From Octopus sinensis (lineage: Eukaryota), in the NCBI RefSeq assembly GCF_006345805.1, contig NC_043012.1, positions 32,426,001 to 32,490,000 of the forward strand: 64,000 bases of DNA, given 5' to 3'. Below, piece after piece: positions 52,622-64,000 of this stretch (its first letter is position 1; each line of letters opens with the position of its first letter). The notes beneath the pieces are model-generated. The model worked only from the letters and a program-made list of their open reading frames with translations. It was not told where the DNA came from and did no database searches. A program made the translations under genes and the position numbers.

Positions 52622-53198
52622 TCACCAGTCTGGAACCCCTATCTTGCCCAGGGTATTAATCGTCTGGAAGCCGTCCAGCGACGTGCAACCAAAAGAATAC
52701 CCTCCATCAGGCATTTGCCATATTCTGAATGCCTTACTTCCCTGGGTATGGATACATTGAAACTCCGACATCTGGCAGCTGACTTGGCAGACACCCATAA
52801 AATTATTAACCATCTTACAAACAATAACTCTGAGCACCTTTTCAAACTCCATCTGTCTAACACCTGTGGACATGTTTACAAAGTCAGAAAACAGCACAGC
52901 TTTCATGACTTTCGGAAACATTTTTTCACACTAAGAGTTGCTGAAGCATGGAACAAACTGCCGACATCAGTTGTTAGTTGTCGGAGCACTGCATCCTTCA
53001 AAACTTCCATGCTTCCTGAGATTCGCCAACACTACACCTGATTTTCTCCCCTCCATACACATGCAAGCATGTATCTGACTCATACACTGTTCGCTTCCCA
53101 GACATTTGTACATTACTGCATATACTTTATATGCCCTTTTGACAAGTTGTGGTGCACCTAAGCACTGTATACAATAATTTCATAATTATTATTATTAT
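52622..53198 (+). mobile_element. CR1-like LINE 3' fragment
   Basis: VWNPYL...LEAVQRRATK...HFFTLRVAEAWNKLP, then a 3' UTR and (ATT)n tail. Confidence 0.85.
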
Positions 53199-53589
53199 AG
53201 TTTACAATATTTATTTACATCCCTTTTTGTTCATGTTCAAGTTTCACCAGAGTTGACTTTTATTTTCAGCCTTCTAATGTCAGTAAAATGAGTGTCAGGT
53301 ATTCAGTTGACTTGTCATCTCCTTCAAATTTCTGACCTTTACCATCCATATTTCTGTAGCAGCATAAATATATTCTTTTATTCTTTTACCGGTGTCAGTC
53401 ACTGGACTGCAGCCATGCTGGAACACCCTCTTTAGTCACTTATAGTGTCATACTTATTATTTTATTCTTCTAAATTTTACCAACTGTCTTGGTCAGCACC
53501 AGTCTTATCATAAACACATACAGAGGGGCAAGAAAGAAAAAGAGATTAATGACTTAAAAGTAAGAACTAGATGGAAACTGTAGTTGTGA

Positions 53590-53893
53590 TATCAGTACCG
53601 GTGGCACGTAATAGAACCTTCTGAACGTGGCCGTTGCCAGCACCGCCCCAACTGGCCTCCATACCGGTGGCACGTAAAAAGCACCAACTGATTGTGGCCA
53701 TTGCCAGATTCGCCTGGCACGTAAAAAGCACCCACTACACTTACGGAGTGGTTGGCGTCAGGAAGGGTATCCAGCTGTAGAAACACTGCCAGATCAGACT
53801 GGGCCTGGTGCAGCCTCCTGGCTTCCCAGACCCCAGTCGAACCGTCCAACCCATGCTAGCATGGAAAGCGGACGTTAAACGATGATGATGATG
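53590..53893 (+). mobile_element. Short RTE-tail repeat
   Basis: Tail sequence with a (GAT)n end. Confidence 0.85.
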
Positions 53894-54129
53894 AACTCAG
53901 AAGAAAGGAAGTTTGGAGAAGGAAAATATGAAAGTTTGAGTATGAAGCAGCCAGATTTTCAGTGAAGTACTAGTTGAAGTACAGGTTTTGCTAATTAGTA
54001 AAGAATGCAGGACAGAACACCAGCAAACTGTCTGTCTTTGGTGAACTAAAATGGAGCAGATAGATACTCAATACCATGTGCTCAGCGCAAACAATGGACA
54101 TAGTAGAGATGTAGTGGAATCACAGGTAG

Positions 54130-54720
54130 GCTAACAGAAAAGGTAACCTTCATATGCAGCAAGTGCACAGGGGCTTTAATTATGAAGTAGTTCATAATTT
54201 CTGTTACTTAGGTGACCAAATTAGCAATAGAGGTTGGTGTTCCGTAAGCAAAGTAACCAGAATAACAAGTTGGAAAAAGTTCAAGGAACTATCACCAAAG
54301 GGCCTCTCACACGGAGTGAAAGGTAGATTATATGATGCTTGTGTACAAAGTGTGTAACTGCCTTGGTAGTGAGTTAAAGGCCTTGAATGCAGATGATTTG
54401 TGTAGACTAGAAAGAAATTAAGTAAGCATACTTTGATGAGTGTGTAATGTTACTGTGTATGTATGTGTGAACAATGGAATACAAATGAAGTGAAAGAAAG
54501 AAAATCTGGACATAAGAAGAACCAGATGCAGTATGCAAGAGAGGAGACAATAATGGTATAAGCACATGATACATTTGGCTTATGGTAGTTATAAGCCAAG
54601 TTCTCAAAATAGATGGAACCTGTGGAAGAGGAGGACTTAAGAAACCTTGGTGTGATTTGGTAAAGACTGATCTAAAGATACACAATAAATAACAAAAGAC
54701 CACAGCAATTGGTGATTGTA
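54130..54720 (+). mobile_element. Degraded RTE C-terminal fragment
   Basis: FCYLGDQIS and KGRLYDACVQS. Confidence 0.75.
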
Positions 54721-56038
54721 GTGCTGAAGAAAACTGAGCATCTGTGCAAGAACAGGAAAAAAAAAAACAATGCTAAAACAGAAATAGTTGTGGTGGCTGA
54801 GATGCTCTTACGGCACACATCTTCTCCCTCACTTCTTATCTCTATGACACGCTCCTGACTCTTTCTTTCAGTTTCTCCTCCTCCCTCCTCAACATCTTCT
54901 TGTCTCCACAGTTTCTCTTCCTCCCTCCTTTGGCTAGTTTTAATCCTAAAGGGTTAAGTGAATAAAATTCACCATATTTCTTGCAGTTATTTTGTCAACC
55001 TCCAGGGGACAAATTCAATAGTGTCAACTGGGAATGATCAGCACAGCACTACAAATGAAGTGTTTGTTTCTCTCCCCACAGTTTCTCCTCCTCTCTCCTC
55101 AACATCCTCTTGTCTTTTGCAACGTGATTACAAAATGAACCTCTTAACCACACACTAACAACCACATCAGTACAAACATATTTATGTATCAATAGCTTTC
55201 TCAGACATCTGACTGTTTTACTCGTTGACTTGTTCTCTTGCAACAGTTCAATGATGAACATTTAAAGCCTTAGATTCGGTTTTAACGACTTCGTTTCAAT
55301 GTACTCGGCTTCTTTTGTATTGTTTTAATGTTCAATTCATGTTAGCCTAATGTTAAGTGAGCATGTCAAAACAACTGCCTCCAGGAGTAAATAGAAAATC
55401 ATGTTGATAAATTATTATGGACCCATTGTGTGTTAAAAATTATACACACTGGAATTATTTTATAGTCAAATCATTGTTGCTTTTATTGTTGTTAGTTTGT
55501 AATTAATATATATGATTAACCGGTTTTCTTTTGATAAATTAATTCCTCCAAATATATGCTCTAGTTCAATAACCATTTAATGTAGTTTTATTTTCTCTTT
55601 TATCTTCAAAATTTGGCATAAGAAATAAATATAATATATGAATAAAGGGGGAAAAACCATTGTATGAGAAATCAATTGAAACTGAATGTTTCTGAGCTAA
55701 ATGATAATTGATACCTTAATGTAACATTGTTCTAAAGTTAAGCACTGGACTTCAACTGGTCATGTATATTGATCTTGTCAGAAGGCAGCCGATAGGGCTC
55801 CTTAGTGTCAGCAGAGTACAGAATATTGTCATTGTTAGGAAGGAAAGCAGATTGAAAAATTCCATTAAGGTTGTGCAGTTTAATAAGTGTATCATTAGCA
55901 AAGCTAAAGGGAATTTGTTTTAGGGATTATATCACTTCTAGAAAATGTTACAGGGGGCGAGAGTATTTTAGTGTCAATCTTACAGCAACTGCTGGTGGTA
56001 GGTCATGTAACTTTGTAACCAGTTGATTGCATAAGACA

Positions 56039-56460
56039 GATCGTTTTGGTTTGAACAGCAGTTTTTAACATAATTTCTAGGTAACTAAAAAATTTTAAAC
56101 TTTGTATACTGGTAGAATGTGTCTATAAAACATCTTTTTCTCTTGGCTTTATTGAGAAAATTCTATTGTTTGTAAGATATTTGTTGTTGTTTTTCTTCAA
56201 TTTCTGCAATTTCAACCAATCAATGACATCCATTGAGGTAAAAAAACATTCTGTGCTGTATGAATATGTCCCTCGTTTAAGAAACAGATTGGGTTTATTT
56301 ACATTTGTGAAGAAAAAAAAGATACCTTCCCCTCACCCCTAACCCTAACTAACCCTAAAACAGATTGAAATGCAATAGATTGATACTAGGGTCATAATTA
56401 TGGGTGACAATTTCATATGACACCGCTAGAAAAAACTGCCGTTCAAACCGAAAAGATCTC
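56039..56460. mobile_element. MITE with ~30-bp TIRs; related fragments at 39810-40160
   Basis: GATCGTTTTGGTTTGAACAGCAGTTTTT / AAAAACTGCCGTTCAAACCGAAAAGATC. Confidence 0.7.
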
Positions 56461-56897
56461 ATAAGACTTAATTCTTGAGCTCAGCTCATGTCTCTTCTTC
56501 TAACCATGGGGTACACCTGGCTGAAAGGTGTGTGTGTGTGTAGTAGGTATTCTATAAGTAAGGAAGGTAGCATTTAAACTTTGTGTAAATGTATCTTTTA
56601 CATTCATTTTTTTTTTTTTCATGGTATGATACAAGTTCAATGTTTCTCACAATTTTGAACATTTACATATTGTCTAAGCAACAGGTTTTACAAGTGAATT
56701 CTGTTTTCATTAAATCATATTACATTGAAACAAGAGCGGAATCTGTAGTTAGCACAATAAACTGGGACAAACAGAATTATTTTTATGGTATAGTTGAAAA
56801 AAGAAGAGCAGTGCCATGAACTTCTAGCAGGGCTCGTAAGCCTGGTTGGAAGGAAATTAGAGAAAAGGCCTCACAGGTTATTTCAATAAGAAATATC

Positions 56898-59038
56898 GGC
56901 ACTGTCATGCCTTTGGGTGTCAGAAGTGAAAGTAGAGAAATCTGACGTCAGACGTATTTACGCTTTAATTTACGCCGTTTATTTACGTACCACTGAAATG
57001 CAAGTAAAAGCTTGTATGTATGTATTTGTTTTAGTTATTTGACTACGGCCATGCAGGAGCACCGCCTTTAGTCGCACAAATCGACTCCAGAACTTATTCT
57101 ATCGGTCTTTTTTCTTACTCAAATTATTTAGAATGTAAAAATCAAATATATCAAATTAATAAACGCAAATTATTTTCAAATATCATTTTCAACGGTGAGA
57201 TTATCAAAATATAAACTTGAAGTTAAGTTTAAAAATAAATGCGATACTCATTCTGTCTTGATACTTATACTCAAACACATGGATATAGCTGTCGAATTTG
57301 CTCTATCAACTTCCCGAATATATCATCCTTAAATTCATAGCGCCACATGAATTCGATGAGATGGGTCTGAAGTAAATTTCTGGCTGTTCCACATTCTCTT
57401 CTATTTCGAGTCTTTACGTGTTTCCATAAACATTCTATGTGGTTGGTTGTGGCAAATGTTACCGGATCAACAAAATTTATTGAATAAATATATTCTTGCA
57501 TTATTCATTATTGTTTTTAAAAAAGAAATCACACCAAAATCTGCACAAATGAACCCCCATGACCATCACCGCGATTACATACACCAATCAGAATGACCAC
57601 TGGCCACCACGTGCGTAATTCAAACTTTGAAATTTATTCAGTTAGAAACTTTCAGTGTGATATCAACACGTGCTAAACAATTTTTAATATGGCTTTTGCA
57701 TATCCAAGTTTAAGAGGAATTAGTCACCGCGATATTGCCGTCTCCACTGCTACAACAGCAGATAGCATTAATTGGCTTAAGAGACATGGCCTTTTGAATA
57801 CCCAGAAAATATGTACATCGTTGGGAGCTACCATGAGTGAAGTAAGGAAAAAAGTATATCTGATGAAATAATATGGTCGTGTGGAAGACCTTGTAGAAAA
57901 TCCGTGTCAATTAGAAAAGGAACATTTTTAGAAAATAGCAAATTGAAGTGTCAAACAAATCATAGATATTTTGTTTTACTGGGCCAAGAAGATTTAGCAA
58001 AAGGAATAGGACAGGAATGTCATTTAGCAAATGTAGCCGTGACAGATTGGAGGAATTTTTGCCGCGATGTATGCGCAGAATATTATGTTGCACAGAATAT
58101 TAAGCTGGGGGGACCCAATAGAATCGTAGAAATAGATGAAACACCGCGTTTTGTTAAGAGAAAATATCATGTTGGCCATCGGGTTAAAACGCAGTGGGTG
58201 TTTGGTGCTTTAGAAAGAGATACCCAAGATGTATTTTAGTGGCAGTGGAAGATCGGACAGCGGACACTCTTTTACAGATTATACGAGAGCGTATATTGCC
58301 TGGTACAACAATAATATCCGACCTTTGGCGTTCGTATAATACACTCAGTCAGCTAGGATACAGACATTTGACCGTGAATCATTCAATAAATTTTGTTGAT
58401 CCGGTAACATTTGCCACAACCAACCACAGAATGTTTATGGAAACACGTAAAGACTCGAAATAGAAGAGAATGTGGAACAGCCAGAAATTTACTCAGACCC
58501 ATCTCATCGAATTCATGTGGCGCTATGAATTTAAGGACGATATATTCGGGAAGTTGATAGAGCAATTCGACAGCTATATCCATGTGTTTGAGTATAGTAT
58601 CAAGACAGAATGAGTATCGCATTTATTCTTAAACTTAACTTCAAGTTTATATTTGATAATCTCACCGTTGAAAATGATATTTGAAAATAATTTGCGTTTA
58701 TTATTTGATATATTTGATTTTTACATTCTAAATAATTTGCGTTTATTAATTTGATATATTTGATTTTTACATTCTAAATAATTTGCGTAAGAAAAAAGAC
58801 CGATAGAATAAGTTCTGGGGTCGATTTGTGCGACTAAAGGCGGTGCTCCTGCATGGCCGTAGTCAAATAACTAAAACAAATACATACATACAAGCTTTTA
58901 CTTGCATTTCAGTGGTACGTAAATAAACGGCGTAAATTAAAGCGTAAATAAACGAAAGACGACGTAAATACACGAAGTTGACGTCTGACGTCAGATTTCT
59001 CTACTTTCACTTCTGACACCCAAAGGCATGACAGTGCC
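56898..59038 (+). mobile_element. Merlin-superfamily (IS1595/ISXO2-like) DNA transposon with very long inverted arms
   Basis: Ends are GGCACTGTCATGCC...GGCATGACAGTGCC. 8-bp TSD GAAATATC at 56890-97 and 59039-46. Inverted arms at 56898-57485 and 58381-59038. Confidence 0.9.
57689..58591 (+). pseudogene. Frameshifted Merlin/ISXO2-like DDE transposase
   Basis: Cys-rich N-terminus (WSCGRPC), then SIRKGTF, GGPNRIVEIDE, WVFGALER, ILPGTTIISDLWRSY, TVNHSINFVDP, (T)NHIECLW and HLIEFMWR, spread over several frames. Confidence 0.88.
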
Positions 59039-60411
59039 GAAATATCAAATCAAAACATCAAATCATCTCCTGATCCAAAATCTGGCCCAAATGCCAACAA
59101 CAAAATGTACTCTGCTATTATCAGGTAGAAGTGTTAAGGCAGGTGATGGATTAGAGCCACCACATGAGAATGGAGATGGTCAGCACAGTTGTTCTTTGGT
59201 CATTCTGCAGTTATGGTAGAAGTTACTTGCCAAGGTGCCATGCAATGATTTCATCAAACCAGAACCATGTGAATGTAAAGCAAATTAGTCAGCAACACTC
59301 CATCATTGCACCTATACATGTGCAATGAAGGATTGAGCTCAGAAACGGCAGTGCATCAGCATGGCCGCAGCTCTGAGCTGAAACTACAGGGGGAAAAAAA
59401 ACATTATAAAGTGTATAGGTGAAAGTAAGATTTGAATTCATAGTGAAGGTATTAATAATCCAGTACTTTGACCTTGTAGCTACATTCCACATAATGGTTT
59501 TGAGAATTTTGAACAAATACAACCTTTGGCATGGAGAGTAGATAAGTTCTACTTGGTTGGGAAATGCCCAAATAAACACTTAATTTGTAGTGCTGCACTG
59601 ATCATTCCCAGTTGACACTATTGAATTCGTCCCCTGGAGGTTGACAAAATAACTGCAAGAAATATGGCGAATTTTATTCACTTAAGCCTTTAGGATTAAA
59701 ACTAGCCACATCCAGCCCAAATATTCTATGTTTTGCATTCAAACTGGCTATACGAAACCTCTCACATCTAACCTACTAAAAATAAAAAATCACGTCAATG
59801 AAACCTCAAAGCTATAAGATAATGCATGATTAATTCAAAACAATTTGAATTTAAAAAGCATTACATTTGACAGTGTAATCTGAATGCTAAAGGGTTAATG
59901 ATACTTCCCCTTCTTAAAAAGTCTGCTGTATTAAAACAAATGATTTTTTTTTCATTCATCTCATACAAGTTAGAATAATGATAAATACGCTGGGTAATTC
60001 TTACTGCTTTCAACAAAAAAGAGTGAACTTTGACTCGATTTTACAGAACCCTCCACTCATCACTCATCAATCAACACAGCCCCATTAGCAGTATTTCTGC
60101 TGAAAAGAGCTCCTCAATTTATTACTTGCTTCACCTCCAACCTCACACAATACACGCTTAATATATGAGGCTTTCGTTGTCCAAACTCCCAGTTTTACCT
60201 CTACATACACACAGTTGCCACATGCAAAGTCTTCTCCGTGTCTCCAAAGTATAGTCCAAAGCTGACTCTCATCTTTGCCAAACTCTTCATTTGTTACAAA
60301 CACACTATCGTGTATTCCCTCTCCAAATTTGACAATTTCTTTGACCTTGCCAGATACTCACCTCTCACATTCACTTCCAACATCTCAAAGATAACAGTAG
60401 CAATAACTATA

Positions 60412-60575
60412 GGCACAGGCATGGCTGTGTGGTAAGAAGCTTGCTTCCTAAACACATGGACACAGGTTCAGTCCCACTGCATAGAACCTTGGGCAAGTGT
60501 CTTGCACTATAGCCCTGGGCCGACCAAAGCCTTGTGAGTAGATTTGGTAGATAGAAACTGAAAGAAGCCCATCAT
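60412..60575 (+). mobile_element. 5' half of the same SINE family
   Basis: GGCTGTGTGGTAAGAAGCTTGCTTCC...CCTTGGGCAAGTGTC. Confidence 0.8.
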
Positions 60576-60728
60576 ATATATGTGTATGTGTGTATACATA
60601 TATATAAATATATATATAAGAAGAAGAAAAAGAAAATGGAGATTGGGAAGTTAATTGTTTATTATTATTAACAGCAAATTAATCATCATCCCTTACAGCT
60701 GTTTCAATTAATGCTCAGTGAATTAATT

Positions 60729-60928
60729 AGATATTAAATTCATATACCCTGAGCATAATATCTTCAGAGAGAAAGAAATATACCCTTAGATGTTTTATAT
60801 ATTATATTTATGGATTCATTATAGCAGACTCTGCCATAATGAATCCATAAACACATATATAAAACATCTAAGGGTAAATTTCTTTCCCTCTGAAGATATT
60901 ATGCTCAGGGTATATGAATTTAATATCT
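60729..60928. repeat. Imperfect foldback with ~100-bp arms and a 3-nt loop
   Basis: 60729-60827 against 60831-60928, with a few mismatches and small indels. Confidence 0.9.
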
Positions 60929-61299
60929 TAGTTCACCGATGATGATGGGGTGGGGTGATGAGGATGATCCTATCTGAGACACTAATAATTTTACCAATTC
61001 ACTACCTTAACCCTTTGGAGGCAGAGCCTCATTTGGAGATTCAGTGCCAAGAAGACGGAGCCCTTTTCACAAGTCCTACAGAGGGCATGCACTTATTTTT
61101 CAAAAAACAATTATAGAAAATAAAGTAATTACTTTACATATATAAAACTATGTGTAGGAAAATGAATGAACTAAAATACAATCTTCGTCTTTCAACTTTT
61201 TGGCCAAGAGATTGACCTTGTCATCTCCTAAGGATTAAAGCTATTAGCTTAAACCAGAACACCAAAGAAGACTGTTGGTTCTACTAGTGATTTAAGTGC

Positions 61300-61495
61300 T
61301 AACCCTTTAACATTCAGATTTCTTTGTCAAATGTATTATATATTTAAAATTGTAGCTTTGAGATTTTGATGATGTGATTGTCTATTTTTAGAATGACATT
61401 GTAGGGTAGGTTTGAGAAACCAGATCCAGTCAGTTTTAACATAAAACAAGTAGAATATTTGGGTCGGATATGGCTGGTTTAAATGCTAAAGGGTC
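61300..61495. mobile_element. piggyBac-like MITE; further copies near 7395, 12060, 59690 and 63265-63720
   Basis: Ends resemble (TTAA)CCCTTTAGCATT ... AATGCTAAAGGG(TTAA). Confidence 0.6.
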
Positions 61496-61935
61496 GAAAG
61501 TGCTGAGTTGATGATCTGTTATTTATGAAGTGCCCCCACTCCTATTATTATCACAATTGTGGTCACTTCAAAATCTGCTATATATCCTCAAATAAAATAC
61601 CTTTTTTAGAAAAATTCTAATAAGCCATTTCTATGAAGAAATAGTTTACATGAAGGAGTACACTGCTGTGAAATTCTTAAATTTGTCTTCTCAATCCAAC
61701 ACTTGAAAACAGGTGTAGAAAACAAACAAAAAAAATAGCAAAAGTGAAAGAAAGAAACAAAAAAAAATATCCTATCTTATCAATCTATTGAACTAAATCC
61801 CATTAATATTTTCTTTCAGCAATTTTATCATGTGTCAGATTTACTGAGATATTCAGTAAATCAGGTTTAACTCACTTTTCAACATTGTTCATTGTTTAGA
61901 CTGAACAGTCAGGATGTACAGCCCCAACACCTCAC

Positions 61936-62085
61936 TTTGTTGCATGTAAGAACTTGTAACAACACATCTATGAGATTTCATTTGAACATTCAAGTAATAT
62001 TTGGGGCCCATTATTTTGCTACATTGTATCGAATTACCAGACTTAATGACACTAGGGATAGTTAACTCTTTCAAGCCAAGAGTTC
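61936..62085 (-). CDS. Candidate internal coding exon of an unidentified minus-strand gene
   Basis: ttttAG acceptor and GTGAGG donor. 150-nt symmetric phase 1-1 exon, open throughout (TLGLKELTIPSVIKSGNSIQCSKIMGPKYYLNVQMKSHRCVVTSSYMQQ). No homology recognised. Confidence 0.3.
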
Positions 62086-62639
62086 CTAAAATTTTATTGC
62101 AGTAGATCAGAGTTTACAAAGTATCTTAAAATAGTTATATCCAAATTGTCTTCAAGGCATGCTTTTATTTCTTATTTATTTATTGCTTTCTCACTTTCTA
62201 ATGAAATCGGATTACTTTTATGGTAGCTATTAGAAGTAATCTTAATCTTAAAATTATTTACAGCTGATCATGGTATGATGAGCTAGTGATTAATGTCAGA
62301 CTATTGTTCCAAAGGTCAGGTGGTGGTGGTGGTGGCAGTGGCGTCTTAGATATTTCATGTCAATTTTCTCTTTTACATGGAGTGCAAATTTATATAGTTT
62401 ATATAGTCGAGATATGGTCTTTCGATCATCAAGGAGGGCAATAACCCCGATTCAGAACTAAATCAGTTCATGATAATCCATCTAACCCATGCCAGCATGG
62501 AAAGCAGATATAAAAATTATGATGATAAAGATTAAGATTACTTTATGATGTAAAATCTTAAAAACCAGTCCAAAGAATGACAAAATATTTTGGATTAATA
62601 TTTTCTTTTAATAAGGAACAAAGCCTAATTTTTATTGGG

Positions 62640-62890
62640 AATATATACCTATTTCTTTACTACCCACAAGGGGCTAAACACAGAAGGGACAAACAAGGAC
62701 AGACAAACGGATTAAGTCGATTATATCGACCCCAGTACGTAACTGGTACTTAGTTCATCGACCCCGAAAGGATGAAAGGTAAAGTCGACCTTGGTGGAAT
62801 TTGAACTCAGAACATAAAAACGTAAAGACAGACAAAATACCACTAAGCATTTCACCTGGCGAGCTAGCGTCTCTGCCAGCTCAGCGCCTT
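62640..62890 (-). mobile_element. Dispersed copy of the cluster SINE family
   Basis: Reverse complement of the cluster unit. Confidence 0.8.
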
Positions 62891-62989
62891 ATTGGGAATA
62901 TATACCATCAATTAAATTAGCTCCAATATGTTACTGATCTAGATGGATAAAAGGCAAAGCAAATCCAAGCAGAATCAACATCCTCCTCC

Positions 62990-63175
62990 TCATCATCATC
63001 GTTTAACGTCTGCTTTCCATGCTAGCATGGGTTGGACAGTTCGACTGGGGTGTGGGAAGCCAGGAGGCTGTACCAGGCTCCAGTCTGATCTGGCAGTGTT
63101 TCTACAGCTGGATGCTCTTCCTAACGCCAACCACTCCATGAGTGTAGTGGGTGCTTTTTATGTGCCACCGGCAAG
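62990..63175 (-). mobile_element. Short RTE-tail repeat
   Basis: (CAT)n tract plus tail sequence. Confidence 0.85.
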
Positions 63176-64000
63176 AACATTGAGGAATAGAACTAGATCA
63201 TGTCCAGTGATTTTTATTCAATTCCTGCTACCTTCACTGCTTTAATTTGTGGTTAATATCATTTAACCTTTTAACAAATTGATCACTCTGTCAAATGTAA
63301 TGCTTTTTTCTTCACATTGTTTTGAATTAATCATGCATTATCTCGTAGCTTTCAGATTTTGATGATGTAACAGTTTATTTTTAGGATGGCCTTGTAGGAT
63401 CTGTGCTTCTAGGTGTGAGAAGCCAGATCTGATTAGCTTGAACATAAAACAGGTTGAAAATCTGTATCGGATCTGGCCTATTTAACTCTTTAGCATTCAG
63501 GTTACTCTATCAAATGTAATGCTTATATATTTACATTATTTTGAATTGCCCACACATTGTCTTCTAGCTATGAGATCTCAATGATGTGACTCTTTACTTT
63601 AGGAATAACATTGTAGGGTAGGTGTAAGAGGTCAGATATGGCTAGTTTGAGCATAAAACAGGAAAATATTTTGGGCTTGATATAGCTGATTTAAATGCCA
63701 AAGGTTTAAAGAATTTACAAAATATTTACATGTAGGATAATGATATTTTAACTGGGCAGGGGTTCAAGGAGTACACTTTGAATAATAAGTAAAGGTGTTC
63801 AACAGAAATTTTTGCTGTTTTTAATTTTTATACAAACTACAAAACTATATTTTGTTGGTTATCCTTTTTAACACAATCATGAATCCGAACACTGAGTCTG
63901 GATTTGCTTCTGTTGTCCATTTCTGTGCTGAACACTAAAACAATTCTTCCCTCCACGTCTTTCCTTTACTGTAAGCTTCATTAAATTAAAACAGTCTTCT

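Larger units (their letters stand above)
54931..59708. repeat. ~139-bp inverted repeat pair at 54931-55069 and 59570-59708
   Basis: About 7 mismatches by eye. Both copies include the same MITE-end/flank junction. Confidence 0.85.

Noticed and set aside
56330-56360. Interstitial telomere (CCCTAA)n
   Set aside because: Only about three imperfect units, lying inside a MITE.
57689-58591. ISXO2-like transposase as bacterial contamination or recent bacterial gene transfer
   Set aside because: GG termini, the 8-bp TSD, an embedded host SINE fragment and contiguous eukaryotic flanks fit the eukaryotic Merlin superfamily.

Overview
AT-rich, repeat-dense animal genomic DNA. The SINE, RTE and CR1 repeat content and the microsatellites suggest Octopus or another coleoid cephalopod; this is inference from recalled repeat families, not a database match. 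The only intact gene is a single-exon 1010-aa Polo-like kinase 4 (PLK4/SAK, 41444-44476, +) with a kinase domain, cryptic polo box PB1-PB2, PB3 and a DSGxxT degron. The rest is mostly transposon-derived: a 5'-truncated RTE LINE plus many short copies of its 3' tail, CR1 3' ends, tRNA-derived SINEs (including a seven-copy cluster), non-autonomous Helitrons, mariner DD34D, Tc1-like DD37E and maT DD37D relics, hAT- and piggyBac-like MITEs, and a Merlin (ISXO2-like) element with an 8-bp TSD. The most striking observation lies about 70 nt after the PLK4 stop: a perfect 69-bp-arm palindrome in which each arm reads as a type I hammerhead ribozyme. The sense ribozyme would cut 16 nt before the first AATAAA, and its own upstream antisense copy can mask both the ribozyme and that poly(A) signal. 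PLK4 also has an out-of-frame overlapping uORF. The Merlin element has ~600-bp inverted arms that have captured the 3' third of its own transposase and a SINE fragment. All calls were made by eye; repeat boundaries are approximate unless a TSD or terminal motif is quoted.
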